A stretch of 64,000 bases of DNA. Source: a virus (taxonomy: Duplodnaviria; Caudoviricetes). Location of the stretch: the IMG/VR virus record IMGVR_UViG_3300027917_004314; one strand, given 5' to 3'. The notes below the pieces were generated by a model. That model did not search any database, was not told the DNA's origin, and worked only from the letters and a program-made list of their open reading frames with translations. Below are positions 8,975-18,815 of this stretch, piece by piece; position 1 is the first letter of the stretch; each line of letters opens with the position of its first letter. A program made the translations under genes and the position numbers.

Positions 8975-9439
8975 ATGCCGAGATATAGAGCTGTGCACCA
9001 CAAGAAGCGGGAGCCAGAACGAGATAGGTACATATTACGGAATACTTCTAAGTATGATATTAACCTGGGTGATTTAAGGTACAAGATCCCTGCTGGGCAA
9101 GCTAGAGACTTATTGTCGCCAACAGCACATCTAGAACTTGAAGATATTATGTTATCCGTAGCTTCTGGATCTATTAGCAAAAGGCTAGGGAAAACCCTGA
9201 TTGTAGCATACAGCACTTTAACACCAGCTCCGCCTTCATATGAGGAGGCGGAGCCCTCTCGTGTATCATTTCCACAAAGGATCAAGTCTTCTATTATATT
9301 GGGTGTTGGCGATGTAGATGAAGAAATCAAAAGCCTTATATTGTCTGAAGACGAAGAATATCTTAAAAAACTAGAAGAAGGTGATCTGTTTGATGGCAGT
9401 GAAGTGGCGCCTATCATAGCCAAGGGGGAAGATTCATAA
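8975..9439 (+). CDS. Hypothetical protein
   Basis: 154 aa, basic N-terminus and acidic C-terminus. Confidence 0.7.
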   Translation: MPRYRAVHHKKREPERDRYILRNTSKYDINLGDLRYKIPAGQARDLLSPTAHLELEDIMLSVASGSISKRLGKTLIVAYSTLTPAPPSYEEAEPSRVSFPQRIKSSIILGVGDVDEEIKSLILSEDEEYLKKLEEGDLFDGSEVAPIIAKGEDS

Positions 9440-9756
9440 TGTTAAGACCCAAAAAAATCTGTGAAATTTGTAGTTTCCCGAAAAGCAATGTATTGCACAG
9501 GCACCACATTGTTCCTAGACAAGACGAAAGATGCACCAATTCGGACGGCAATTTAGCTATATTATGCCCCACTTGTCATTCTTTGGTACATTCGGGACAT
9601 TTTGTTATTATTGGTGTATATCCATCTACAAGTGGGCAACAGCTTGTGTGGTTTAAAAATGGCGAGGAGCCGCCGTTTCCAAAAGAATTTTGGTTTATTA
9701 AGGAAAATCCACTGGTTAAAACGTTAAAAGGCGACGAGGATGATCTGCCAGACTAA
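9439..9756 (+). CDS. HNH endonuclease (zinc-binding type)
   Basis: CEIC...LHRHHIVP...NSDGNLAILCPTCHSLVH; the catalytic His/Asn/His pattern is intact. Confidence 0.85.
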   Translation: MLRPKKICEICSFPKSNVLHRHHIVPRQDERCTNSDGNLAILCPTCHSLVHSGHFVIIGVYPSTSGQQLVWFKNGEEPPFPKEFWFIKENPLVKTLKGDEDDLPD

Positions 9757-9765
9757 GGAGAAAAA

Positions 9766-10047
9766 ATGGAAGAAAACCGTAAAGTTATTGAATTGACTCA
9801 GGAAGAAGAGGAAAATATAAGGACGATTTTAACGCTTATAGAGAAGCAAAAAGCGGCTCTCGGCGTATTGCGTCGTCAATATTTAGATTCTGAAAAGAAA
9901 TTATTTGAGGCATTAGAGAAGGCCGAGTCTGATTATGTTTCGCATGTTAATATGCTTTCTAAGATGAAGAAAGTACCTACCTCAGACGAAAGATGGGTGT
10001 TCGACCCCTCCGCCTGCGTCTTCAGAAAAATAGAAGATAATCAGTAG
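9766..10047 (+). CDS. Small coiled-coil protein
   Basis: 93 aa; AAGGAG RBS; heptad-like charged helix. Confidence 0.7.
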   Translation: MEENRKVIELTQEEEENIRTILTLIEKQKAALGVLRRQYLDSEKKLFEALEKAESDYVSHVNMLSKMKKVPTSDERWVFDPSACVFRKIEDNQ

Positions 10048-10195
10048 ATTAGCTGCCCTCCAAAACTCTTCTATCTATTAATAAATACTTATTATTTGTG
10101 ATAGCTCTTCGTTTGTATATCAATTAGATGTACAAATGTCATTATTATCTATGTGTTTGATAATATTAGATAAACCTATCATTTGGGGAATATAG

Positions 10196-10699
10196 ATGCA
10201 CAGGGAATGCGGTGATTGCACGGTATGTTGTTATGTTGGTGGCGTACCAGAGCTTGGAAAGCCTGCACATAAAAAGTGCTGCTATGAGAACAAAGGATGT
10301 TCTATTTACAATAGTCGAGAACGCCCGTCAATTTGTAATAATTTTCAGTGCGCTTGGTTACGTGGTATAGGGTCAGAGAATGATAGGCCTGATATCAACG
10401 GCGTAATGTGTTCTGATAATTTTTTAAATGGTGGCCATTGGGTTTTTGTGATTGAATTGATTCCTGAGGCGGCAACTACTAGCGGGTTATCAATGGTAAA
10501 ACAGCTTGTAGAATGTTTTGATATTCCAGTAATAATTTCTAACTACGATTCTATACCCCCGAATGATACTGGTGACCGCGTAATAATTAAAGATTCACTA
10601 AAAACAAGATCTAAGAAATTAATGGGAGAATTGATTCAATACCTAGACGATGATAAAGTTATGGGTATTTATAAGTTAACAAATGGCAGTAACTTTTGA
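10196..10699 (+). CDS. CxxCxxCC (YkgJ-like) cysteine-cluster protein
   Basis: CGDCTVCC...CCYENKGCSIYNSRERPSICNNFQCAW. Confidence 0.75.
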   Translation: MHRECGDCTVCCYVGGVPELGKPAHKKCCYENKGCSIYNSRERPSICNNFQCAWLRGIGSENDRPDINGVMCSDNFLNGGHWVFVIELIPEAATTSGLSMVKQLVECFDIPVIISNYDSIPPNDTGDRVIIKDSLKTRSKKLMGELIQYLDDDKVMGIYKLTNGSNF

Positions 10700-12848
10700 T
10701 GGGGAAAGAATTGCAGATGCCGAAGTATCGAACCCAACAACTCCGGTGCCTGGTTTGTGGGAAGATGTTGGCGGCGGCGCTGCAACCGAGGAAACAGACT
10801 TTTTTTACCAGGGTAGCGGTTCTATATCGGAGCAGGTGAAAGCAGCTGAGTTCGGCATTTGTTTTATCCCAAGTGCTTTGACATATGACGCAGGCGGGTA
10901 CTTTTTCCTGCTGAAAGGAATTGTTACCACAAGCGGTTTGCTTGAGACAGCACGCATTAATGGTCAAAAATTTGAAATTGGATCTGGAGCCACTGCGGGA
11001 TCAGGCAAACCTACTAATTATCATCAATGGTATACATATGTTCAAAGCACATATCCGCCTACTACCAGTTGGATTATACATTTGTTTGATGTAAATGAAA
11101 TAGGTTTTATTGATAATACAAATGGCACAGTATCGGCATCTGCAATTAATTACTGGGGCGAAGTGGCTACAATGACCGGGAATGTTAAGTCACAGAATGT
11201 AGCAATGGACGCAATTGAATATATTGGGGTAGGAAAAGGATTAACGTGGAGCGGAGCTAACGGTGAATTTGCAGATTTTACAGACTTTGACGAGGGCACA
11301 ACAAGTAATAGATATGGAATTATAACTACCAAGGGTGGCGTTTTATATGTGCTGGGTACGCTAACCATTGGCAGCTCAACAGCTACATCTTTTGTTGACT
11401 CCAATCAGAAACTTATTTTTCCATGGACATATGTTGGCGAGGGAGCGCTTGGCGTTACATTTGATTTACAAAACGCCTCTACTGATATTGACTTAAGTGT
11501 ATGTTCATTTACTGGTAATGGACAATCTTCGGTCAAAAAGTTTTTTGATACATATTTACAAGTTGATGCCGGCAACGATGACATCACAGTACCATTTCAT
11601 GGTTGGGAAACAGGAGATTATGTAGAATATTCTGATGAATATGGGACGCATAATATAGGTCTTACCGACGGAAGTAGTTATTGGGTATATGTAATAGACG
11701 ATAGTACAGTAGCTATTCATTCGTCAAGATCTAATGCTTTTTCTGACACTTCGCGAGTTGATTTATCGATTGGTGCGGATCCTGGGGAAAATCATTCTCT
11801 GACACGTCAACCTGATAATAGAATAGATTTCACTGTCAGCGATAACGACGGATCATTAGACCTAGCTTCGTGCATTATAGAAGGTGTGCGCAATATGACG
11901 TTGACGTCAGCATGCTCCATTACTAGTGGATTTATCCAAAACATTGGTAATATTGATGCATCAACGGCAACTATAACAGGTGTCTCTATTAGTGATGCCA
12001 CGCTTTCAGAGGGTGTTGCTTTATTTAGCCCTCTAACAACATTGAGTAATATTACAGAATGTGAATTTACCTCGGATGGATATGGGCACGCCTTTGAGTT
12101 GATATCTACTGGTTCTACTGATTCGAATGCCAATGAGTATAGTGGCTATTGGACACCAACAATTAGTGGAGATTCTTATGGTTGGGAATTTGCTACAGAT
12201 ACTGGTGTAGACGATAGTACAGATATTATTACAACTAATGCTGCACACGGATTTGCAACCGGGGATGCGGTATATTATAACGACGAAGGTGGCACCGATT
12301 CTATAGGTTTAACAGACGGATATAAATACTATGTTAATGTTGCCAGCAGCACCACTTTTAGTGTGCATAATACTAGAGCTGCAGCAGTTGCAGGGACGCA
12401 AAAAATTGACCTGATCGATGGTTATGGTGAAACACACGCTGTATATTCTAGTAATGCCACACTCTATAATAATTCCGGCGGCTCTGTAACTATTAATGTA
12501 TTAAATGACGGCGATTCCCCCAGCGTAAGAAATGGTACTGGCGCTTCAACCTCTGTTGTAAACACAAAAACTCTAACAGTTACATGTTTAAATGCTTCTG
12601 GAAATGGCATCGAAAACGTCCGCGTAAGGATTGAAGCTTTGGCAGACGGATCTCTTATTAGTGAAGGATATACGAATGCCAGCGGCGTATATCAGGACAC
12701 TTCTTACAGCTTTACAGTTGAGGTTAATGTTAAGATAAAGGCCAGACTTAAAGGGTTTAAATTTAATGAGGCATCAGATACTATTACTGCAGGTGGATTG
12801 TCTGTGCCTTTTACAATGATTAAAGATACGGCAGTTGATCTGCCATAA
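10683..12848 (+). CDS. Virion fibre/spike protein with an internal duplicated beta domain
   Basis: 721 aa, Thr/Ser/Gly/Asp-rich. Two copies of the module H-G-[WF]-x-T-G-D...IGLTDG...Y.V; C-terminal module shared with gene 13198. Confidence 0.65.
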   Translation: MAVTFDGERIADAEVSNPTTPVPGLWEDVGGGAATEETDFFYQGSGSISEQVKAAEFGICFIPSALTYDAGGYFFLLKGIVTTSGLLETARINGQKFEIGSGATAGSGKPTNYHQWYTYVQSTYPPTTSWIIHLFDVNEIGFIDNTNGTVSASAINYWGEVATMTGNVKSQNVAMDAIEYIGVGKGLTWSGANGEFADFTDFDEGTTSNRYGIITTKGGVLYVLGTLTIGSSTATSFVDSNQKLIFPWTYVGEGALGVTFDLQNASTDIDLSVCSFTGNGQSSVKKFFDTYLQVDAGNDDITVPFHGWETGDYVEYSDEYGTHNIGLTDGSSYWVYVIDDSTVAIHSSRSNAFSDTSRVDLSIGADPGENHSLTRQPDNRIDFTVSDNDGSLDLASCIIEGVRNMTLTSACSITSGFIQNIGNIDASTATITGVSISDATLSEGVALFSPLTTLSNITECEFTSDGYGHAFELISTGSTDSNANEYSGYWTPTISGDSYGWEFATDTGVDDSTDIITTNAAHGFATGDAVYYNDEGGTDSIGLTDGYKYYVNVASSTTFSVHNTRAAAVAGTQKIDLIDGYGETHAVYSSNATLYNNSGGSVTINVLNDGDSPSVRNGTGASTSVVNTKTLTVTCLNASGNGIENVRVRIEALADGSLISEGYTNASGVYQDTSYSFTVEVNVKIKARLKGFKFNEASDTITAGGLSVPFTMIKDTAVDLP

Positions 12849-12865
12849 AATGTTTGGAGGGGCAT

Positions 12866-13153
12866 ATGCATTCAAAAATAGTGAGTGCTGCTATTTGTCC
12901 ATCGTGTGGTGTTGAAGTAGAAAATTATAAATGTCGTTTGTGTGGGGCTAGGTTGACCATTAATAGTGTTTCTGGGAATGCTATATGGATGCGAAATGGA
13001 CGAGTTGTATCAGCATTTAAAGACGAGAAAAAGGCTTATGTGGAAATGGCTAAAAGATATGGCATACCAGAAGAGAGGTGGCCAGAAAGATTTAGGTCAA
13101 GCAGTGAAGATCCCGAGGCATCATTAGATAAAGATGCCTCAGATAAAGAATAA
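12866..13153 (+). CDS. Double zinc-ribbon small protein
   Basis: GGAGG precedes ATG 12866; CPSCG...CRLCG. Confidence 0.7.
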   Translation: MHSKIVSAAICPSCGVEVENYKCRLCGARLTINSVSGNAIWMRNGRVVSAFKDEKKAYVEMAKRYGIPEERWPERFRSSSEDPEASLDKDASDKE

Positions 13154-13197
13154 TATTCGGGCAAAATGATTTGTCCAAATAACGGAGGATTTATGGA

Positions 13198-16100
13198 ATG
13201 GCTATATCTGATGATTGGGATTTTAATTTCAGCGACAAGGTTATAAGTCATATTGATGGTTATCTAAAATATGATGGAGGTTCAGGAACTGCACCAGTTG
13301 TTGGTGATATGGTAATAGGTAACACGAGCGGAGCCATTGGTAAGGTTTTACAAATTGATGGCGGTCTTCCCGCAGGCGGCCTGACGTTAACCAACACAGT
13401 GGGGTTGTTCCAAGACGATGAAACTTTAGACATTTTAAGTTATGTTGACTTTTATGGAGTTGGCAATGGTGGATTTGCGGTTGGAGATACCATTGTTGAT
13501 CAGGTATCTGGAAGTATAGATGTAAAATTTATTGAATATAATATAGGAACTTCGGAAGGTGGGTCTACTGCCGGCTTCGGGAGAATGTATGGCAACAACA
13601 TGTCTCTATTCACTCACTATTCACCACTTGATATTAGTGGCGGTACTTCATCAGTCGCAATAGCATATGGTATAGGTGAAGATAAAGATGGGTATTTGAC
13701 GGCAGATGTCAACGAAACCCTTGAAGTCCCCGGCACGCCAAACACAAACAATTGTATTATTCTACATTATGAGAATGGTACTATAGCGATCCCAGAAGAT
13801 GCTCGCATCTCTGATGGATATGATGCCGAAGGTTTTGCACAAGCAGTGTTTGGGTCAACGGTTATTGGTTCCATTCGCGTAATTGATAGTGACACAACTG
13901 CCGGAGTTTGGGATGATGGGTATGAACTAACAATAGAGGATGTTGTATTTTATGATAACTTGGTAGCTGGTAAAGTGTTTTCTGCTGGAGACGTTGTAAA
14001 AGGTGATACGTCTGGTGCAAAGGGCAGGGTTTTATCTGTCATCACAGATTCCGGTACTACAGGTAAATTAATTCTTGCTAACAAGTCTGGCACGTGGGAT
14101 CATACAACGCCCGATAATATACAGGTTTTGCAGGCAGACGATACATATCTCTCGTATGCCGAAGTAGCCAATAACACATTCACGTTGTACGCGGCCGATA
14201 TCAATATACCAAATGGTGTACGTGATACGCAACGAGAAGATCAAGGTGGTATATATGGGCCAGGCTCATTAAATATTGTAAGATCTGCAAATGCTTTATA
14301 TTCATATGCAATGGATTTGTTTGATGAATTGGCCCAATTGGATGATGACCCAGCATTTGAAGGTAACGTTAGGGATCAGTTATATACAGTTCTAAATAAT
14401 TATGTTATCCCAGATCTCAGCTTTAGGTTTTTAGAAAAAGGGTCTTTTAAGGACACGGGTAACAACAACATATTCACAAATATTCAAACAACGGGCGCTA
14501 TCGCTGATATTAGAGACAATGCATACTTCTATAACACAACTAACCCAACTCCGCAGCCGGATATGTATGTGGAACAAGACGGGGTGGTTGTACGACAAGA
14601 TTGGCTGGAAGGAAATCTTAACATTCTGCTAAAAACCAAGACATCTACAGATCCTAAATATATTGATCCGGCCGTTGAAGCCCTGGGCCAAGTAATTGAC
14701 GGCGGTGCTTTTACTGTTCACGTCAGGCCATATCGTCGTACATATGACTCTAACGAAGTTACACAGATTGGTGGTATCGCTGTTGTGGCTCTTGGTAATG
14801 CTGTAGACTTGAACAACACTACTGGGCAATATTCAGTTTCTTTTACAAGCGGTGTTGGAACTCCATTTACTGTTGGGGAAGAGGCAACTACGACCGATGG
14901 TAAAAGAATTGTTATAGTTACAAGTGATACTGGGGCAAGTGGTGATGTGACCTATGTTCTTAAATCAGACACCAATTTGGTTAATACGGACGTTTTTACG
15001 GGGGTGGTAAGTGGCGCTTATGCAACCGCAAGCACTCCGACTACGCTTGTGGCTGGATATGATGAAGATATTCGTGTTATGGTTGTACAACGTCGTTTCA
15101 CTGGCGGCACAACTAGTAGCGGCCCATTCGTTTATGGGGAGTGGATACAACAACTCGCGTCCGGTGCTGACGGATATTTTATGGAAGATGATAGTGGTAC
15201 AATATATATTGAAGAAAGTAACGGGACATTTACTGGAACAGACACTCTAACAGGATATATATCTGGAGCTACAAATACTCCGACTGCCACTGCGGCATAT
15301 TCTACTGTTCCAAAAGATATTGGTGGTGGTGTTGGTGATAAGAATTATACGGCCGTTGTTTCTGCTGATGTTACTGATGCCGATCCTCAAACTGTCGCGA
15401 ATGTATATGAGTGGTGGAAATTTATCACAAGAAAAGAGGCAAGCAACTATCAGGTAAAAACTGCTGGCGGACTATATACTGCATACACGCCAGGTAATAT
15501 TTATCGTAGGTTACAGTCGACATTCGCTGAAGTGCGTGGCGCGTCGCCGTTCGGCGTTAAGGCTGGTGCTCTTGTTATTGGTGCCCAGGGTGTGTTCATC
15601 CAAAAAGAAACACTTGACCCGAATGACATTCGTTCCATCCAGTTGACGGACAATCTCGGTAATGTTTATGATCCTCCGAACTTGCAAGCCTTGGTTGTAA
15701 CTAACATTACATCCGGCGTTCGCGTGGCTGTATATCGCTCAACTGGTGTTGGCAACGAAGACATTTTGCGTACCGAATTCGCTGTTGGGTCGGTAGGCAC
15801 ACATAATCAGTCATCTGATAGTACTGTTCTTGTAAAAGCTAATACAAGATCTGTTAGCCCGTTACCTTCAGATATACCAGACGAGGGAGTTTTAAGAGTG
15901 CTGGATCCAAGCGATACAGGGAATTATTTAAGATTTCCATATAGTTCTGTAGACAGAACAACTAATGTTTTTACATTAACTGCTGGCACAATTGGAGATG
16001 TAACAGGAGGTGTAGACTTAGTTGAGGATGATAACGTTCATGTGGTTTTGATCGAAGAAGAATCTACAGGCACTTCGGTTTCTAATACAATTCAATATGT

Positions 16101-16233
16101 AGCCAATATCCCATTGTTTGTAAGAGCCCGAATTAAAGGTAAGGTGCCATTCAAGACGACTTCTACGTTCACCACAATCGGTGCTTCTGTCGGCGCCGTT
16201 CTGAACCCAGATACTGTTGTAAATCTGCCGTAA
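13198..16233 (+). CDS. Large virion structural protein (head/neck-associated fibre)
   Basis: 1011 aa; GGAGG RBS. Repeated F.vG(D/E)...G.tSGA.G.V modules; five DGY motifs. Confidence 0.65.
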   Translation: MAISDDWDFNFSDKVISHIDGYLKYDGGSGTAPVVGDMVIGNTSGAIGKVLQIDGGLPAGGLTLTNTVGLFQDDETLDILSYVDFYGVGNGGFAVGDTIVDQVSGSIDVKFIEYNIGTSEGGSTAGFGRMYGNNMSLFTHYSPLDISGGTSSVAIAYGIGEDKDGYLTADVNETLEVPGTPNTNNCIILHYENGTIAIPEDARISDGYDAEGFAQAVFGSTVIGSIRVIDSDTTAGVWDDGYELTIEDVVFYDNLVAGKVFSAGDVVKGDTSGAKGRVLSVITDSGTTGKLILANKSGTWDHTTPDNIQVLQADDTYLSYAEVANNTFTLYAADINIPNGVRDTQREDQGGIYGPGSLNIVRSANALYSYAMDLFDELAQLDDDPAFEGNVRDQLYTVLNNYVIPDLSFRFLEKGSFKDTGNNNIFTNIQTTGAIADIRDNAYFYNTTNPTPQPDMYVEQDGVVVRQDWLEGNLNILLKTKTSTDPKYIDPAVEALGQVIDGGAFTVHVRPYRRTYDSNEVTQIGGIAVVALGNAVDLNNTTGQYSVSFTSGVGTPFTVGEEATTTDGKRIVIVTSDTGASGDVTYVLKSDTNLVNTDVFTGVVSGAYATASTPTTLVAGYDEDIRVMVVQRRFTGGTTSSGPFVYGEWIQQLASGADGYFMEDDSGTIYIEESNGTFTGTDTLTGYISGATNTPTATAAYSTVPKDIGGGVGDKNYTAVVSADVTDADPQTVANVYEWWKFITRKEASNYQVKTAGGLYTAYTPGNIYRRLQSTFAEVRGASPFGVKAGALVIGAQGVFIQKETLDPNDIRSIQLTDNLGNVYDPPNLQALVVTNITSGVRVAVYRSTGVGNEDILRTEFAVGSVGTHNQSSDSTVLVKANTRSVSPLPSDIPDEGVLRVLDPSDTGNYLRFPYSSVDRTTNVFTLTAGTIGDVTGGVDLVEDDNVHVVLIEEESTGTSVSNTIQYVANIPLFVRARIKGKVPFKTTSTFTTIGASVGAVLNPDTVVNLP

Positions 16234-16262
16234 GTTGGCTCATTTAATGTGAAGGAAGTACT

Positions 16263-18815
16263 ATGGCTGAACTTACTGAGCTTTGGGTTGACTGGGTTAA
16301 CACACCTAGGATTATATGGGTTGGTGCGCCCACAACAGAAGTAACTGTACAAGATCTAATCGACACTATTCGTGGCAGATTAGAAGTTGACATGGGCGCG
16401 CTTGACGATCCCACATTAATATCCGAGGCTGGAGGTAAACAGTTTCTTGGCGGAACCACCTATGTGGGACTCACATTAGAACTCAACAATGCGGTGGTTG
16501 CTTTTGAGGCAAGAACCGAGACCTTCGTAGATGGTTATATTACCACACCTGATGCTTACGGTAGCGGCACTTTAAGTTTAATCGACGAATATGCCACCTT
16601 TGTTACGTCCGGCATAACTGCGGGAATGATTGTTTTCAATCATGGTGATGACTCAAAGGGAACCATTTTATCTGTTCGTAGCGAAACCGAACTAATTACA
16701 ACACCGTTGACCGGTGGAACTGATAATCAATATGATTTGGGTGATTTATATCATATATATAATGTCGTAGGATGTGAAATATCTGGCGGCAACTTAGTGT
16801 CTGTTGATTATGACGGTTATAGTATTTCTCAAATTTTACCTACCTTTGGTACTCACGTAAAGGTTACTGCGGCAAGTTCTGCTACACAAACGGAAGATGA
16901 ATTAGTTAGGCATTCTAGTTATGGTGACGTTGTAACACTAGACGTTTATAATAAAACTGGCAGGGCTCAGTCCGGAACGATTTTTCCCGTAGGTACAAAG
17001 AAAGCTCCATGTAACAATGTGTCTGATGCTCTTACCATTGCCTCAGAAAAAGGTTTTGATACAATATTTATCCTTGGCAATGCTGTTTTTGGTTCTGGAC
17101 ACAATGTAGAAAATAAGATCGTTATCGGACAGAGCACCAATGTTTCTGAGATCACTATTCAATCTGCTGCCGAGGTGCGTGGCGCAGAATTTCGAGATAT
17201 GTATTTGCATGGGATATTGGACGGGGAATCGTGTATCCATAATTGTACTGTTGGTGATTTAGATTATCTAGAGGGTTGCATCTCCAACTGTATGTTAATT
17301 GGCACTATTACTCTCGGTGGCTCGGCAAGTACTCAGCTGGTAAAATGCACAGATGGTTTACCTGGTGTTGGCGTGCCCACTATAGATATTGGCGGCTCTG
17401 GACGCGATCTTGGTGTGTGGGGATATCACGGCGGAATTAAGCTTATAAATAAAACTGGCCCAGAGAGCGTTAGTGTGAATATGGATACCGGCAGATTAAT
17501 TTTGGACTCTACTATTACAAACGGATCCATTTTGGTCAAGGGCGTGGGTCTTATAGAAGATAATAGCGGACCAGACGCATATGTTGATACAAATGGCTTG
17601 GTAGGTGGGCCAACGATAAAAGATTTTGTGTGGGACGCATATAGAGCTGATCATACGATTTCAGGCACTTTTGGTGGTGACTTTTCTGATGCTGGAGCTA
17701 CTGTTGAAGAGATTGATGCTTATCTATCTGCCAATCATGGATATACCAGCTGGGAAGGATCTGGAGATCCAAATGCAATCGCTGATGCCGTATGGGATGA
17801 ATTAAGATCTGGCCACGCAGTTTCAGGTTCGTTCGGAGAATCAATCAGATTAGATTCAGCGGGTCTAGAACAATCTGCGATAGGAGAAATAGACGCTTAT
17901 TTGTCATCCATCCATGGATATACCAGTTGGGAAGGATCCGGAGACCCATATGCAGTTGCAGCAGCTGTATGGGACGAGTATAGATCAGGACATACAACAC
18001 CAGGCACCTTTGGTGGCGATTTCTCAGATGCTGGAGCTACTGTTGAAGAGATTGATGCTTATCTATCTGCTATTCATGGATATGGTAGCTGGGAAGGATC
18101 TGGAGATCCAAATGCAATAGCAGATGCAATTTGGGATGAGTTAAGGTCAGGCCATACTGTCTCAGGTTCGTTCGGAGAATCAATCAGATTAGATGCTGCC
18201 GGCTTGGAAACAGATGCCGTAGTAGAGATTGATGCTTATTTGTCATCCATCCATGGATTCGGAAACTGGGAAGGTGCTGGAAATGCTGGCGTAATTGCAG
18301 ATGCAGTTTGGGATGAATACAGAGTTGGTCACACAGTTCCTGGCACTTTTGGTGGTGATTTCTCAGATGCTGGCGCTACTGTTGAAGAGATTGATGCTTA
18401 TCTATCTGCTATTCATGGATCTGGGAACTGGGAAGGGTCTGGAGACCCATATGCAGTGGCAGACGCTGTATGGGAAGAAGACCTGTCAGCCCATCAAGTG
18501 ACTGGGTCTGCTGGAAAAATTGTGAGCGACGGTTACGCTGTATCGAATACTATATATACTGATGTCACCGCGATAGCTGTTCAAATAACCAGGGTGCTTG
18601 GGTTGGAACATGAAAATGCATTTTTAGATAATACTACTTACGACAGTAATGGACAACTGCTTGCACTTAGACTTAGAATATTCGATTCTAAAACAAATGC
18701 GGAAGCAGCCCAGGATGGCGGCTCAGAGACAACTGGTTTAATAGCGACATATACTGTTGAATCAGAATATGAATCACTAGGAAGAATGAAATTTTATAGG
18801 ATGGTGAAACAATAA
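16263..18815 (+). CDS. Virion structural protein with a beta-helix-like middle and ADAVWDE repeats
   Basis: 850 aa; five alternating repeats in the C-terminal third. Confidence 0.7.
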   Translation: MAELTELWVDWVNTPRIIWVGAPTTEVTVQDLIDTIRGRLEVDMGALDDPTLISEAGGKQFLGGTTYVGLTLELNNAVVAFEARTETFVDGYITTPDAYGSGTLSLIDEYATFVTSGITAGMIVFNHGDDSKGTILSVRSETELITTPLTGGTDNQYDLGDLYHIYNVVGCEISGGNLVSVDYDGYSISQILPTFGTHVKVTAASSATQTEDELVRHSSYGDVVTLDVYNKTGRAQSGTIFPVGTKKAPCNNVSDALTIASEKGFDTIFILGNAVFGSGHNVENKIVIGQSTNVSEITIQSAAEVRGAEFRDMYLHGILDGESCIHNCTVGDLDYLEGCISNCMLIGTITLGGSASTQLVKCTDGLPGVGVPTIDIGGSGRDLGVWGYHGGIKLINKTGPESVSVNMDTGRLILDSTITNGSILVKGVGLIEDNSGPDAYVDTNGLVGGPTIKDFVWDAYRADHTISGTFGGDFSDAGATVEEIDAYLSANHGYTSWEGSGDPNAIADAVWDELRSGHAVSGSFGESIRLDSAGLEQSAIGEIDAYLSSIHGYTSWEGSGDPYAVAAAVWDEYRSGHTTPGTFGGDFSDAGATVEEIDAYLSAIHGYGSWEGSGDPNAIADAIWDELRSGHTVSGSFGESIRLDAAGLETDAVVEIDAYLSSIHGFGNWEGAGNAGVIADAVWDEYRVGHTVPGTFGGDFSDAGATVEEIDAYLSAIHGSGNWEGSGDPYAVADAVWEEDLSAHQVTGSAGKIVSDGYAVSNTIYTDVTAIAVQITRVLGLEHENAFLDNTTYDSNGQLLALRLRIFDSKTNAEAAQDGGSETTGLIATYTVESEYESLGRMKFYRMVKQ
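17628..18467 (+). repeat. Coding tandem repeat in A-B-A-B-A order (54/59/54/59/54 aa; period 339 nt)
   Basis: A contains GTFGGDFSDAGATVEEIDAYLS and B contains GSFGESIRLD.AGLE...EIDAYLSSIHG. Total 840 nt. Confidence 0.9.

Noticed and set aside
8905-9423. Minus-strand 172-aa ORF and the many other antisense or nested ORFs in the track
   Set aside because: They overlap well-supported plus-strand genes, have low-complexity Ser/Leu/Ile-rich shadow composition and show no recognisable motifs.
17628-18467. CRISPR array or non-coding repeat
   Set aside because: The units are long, in frame, diverge synonymously and have no unique spacers; no cas genes are present.
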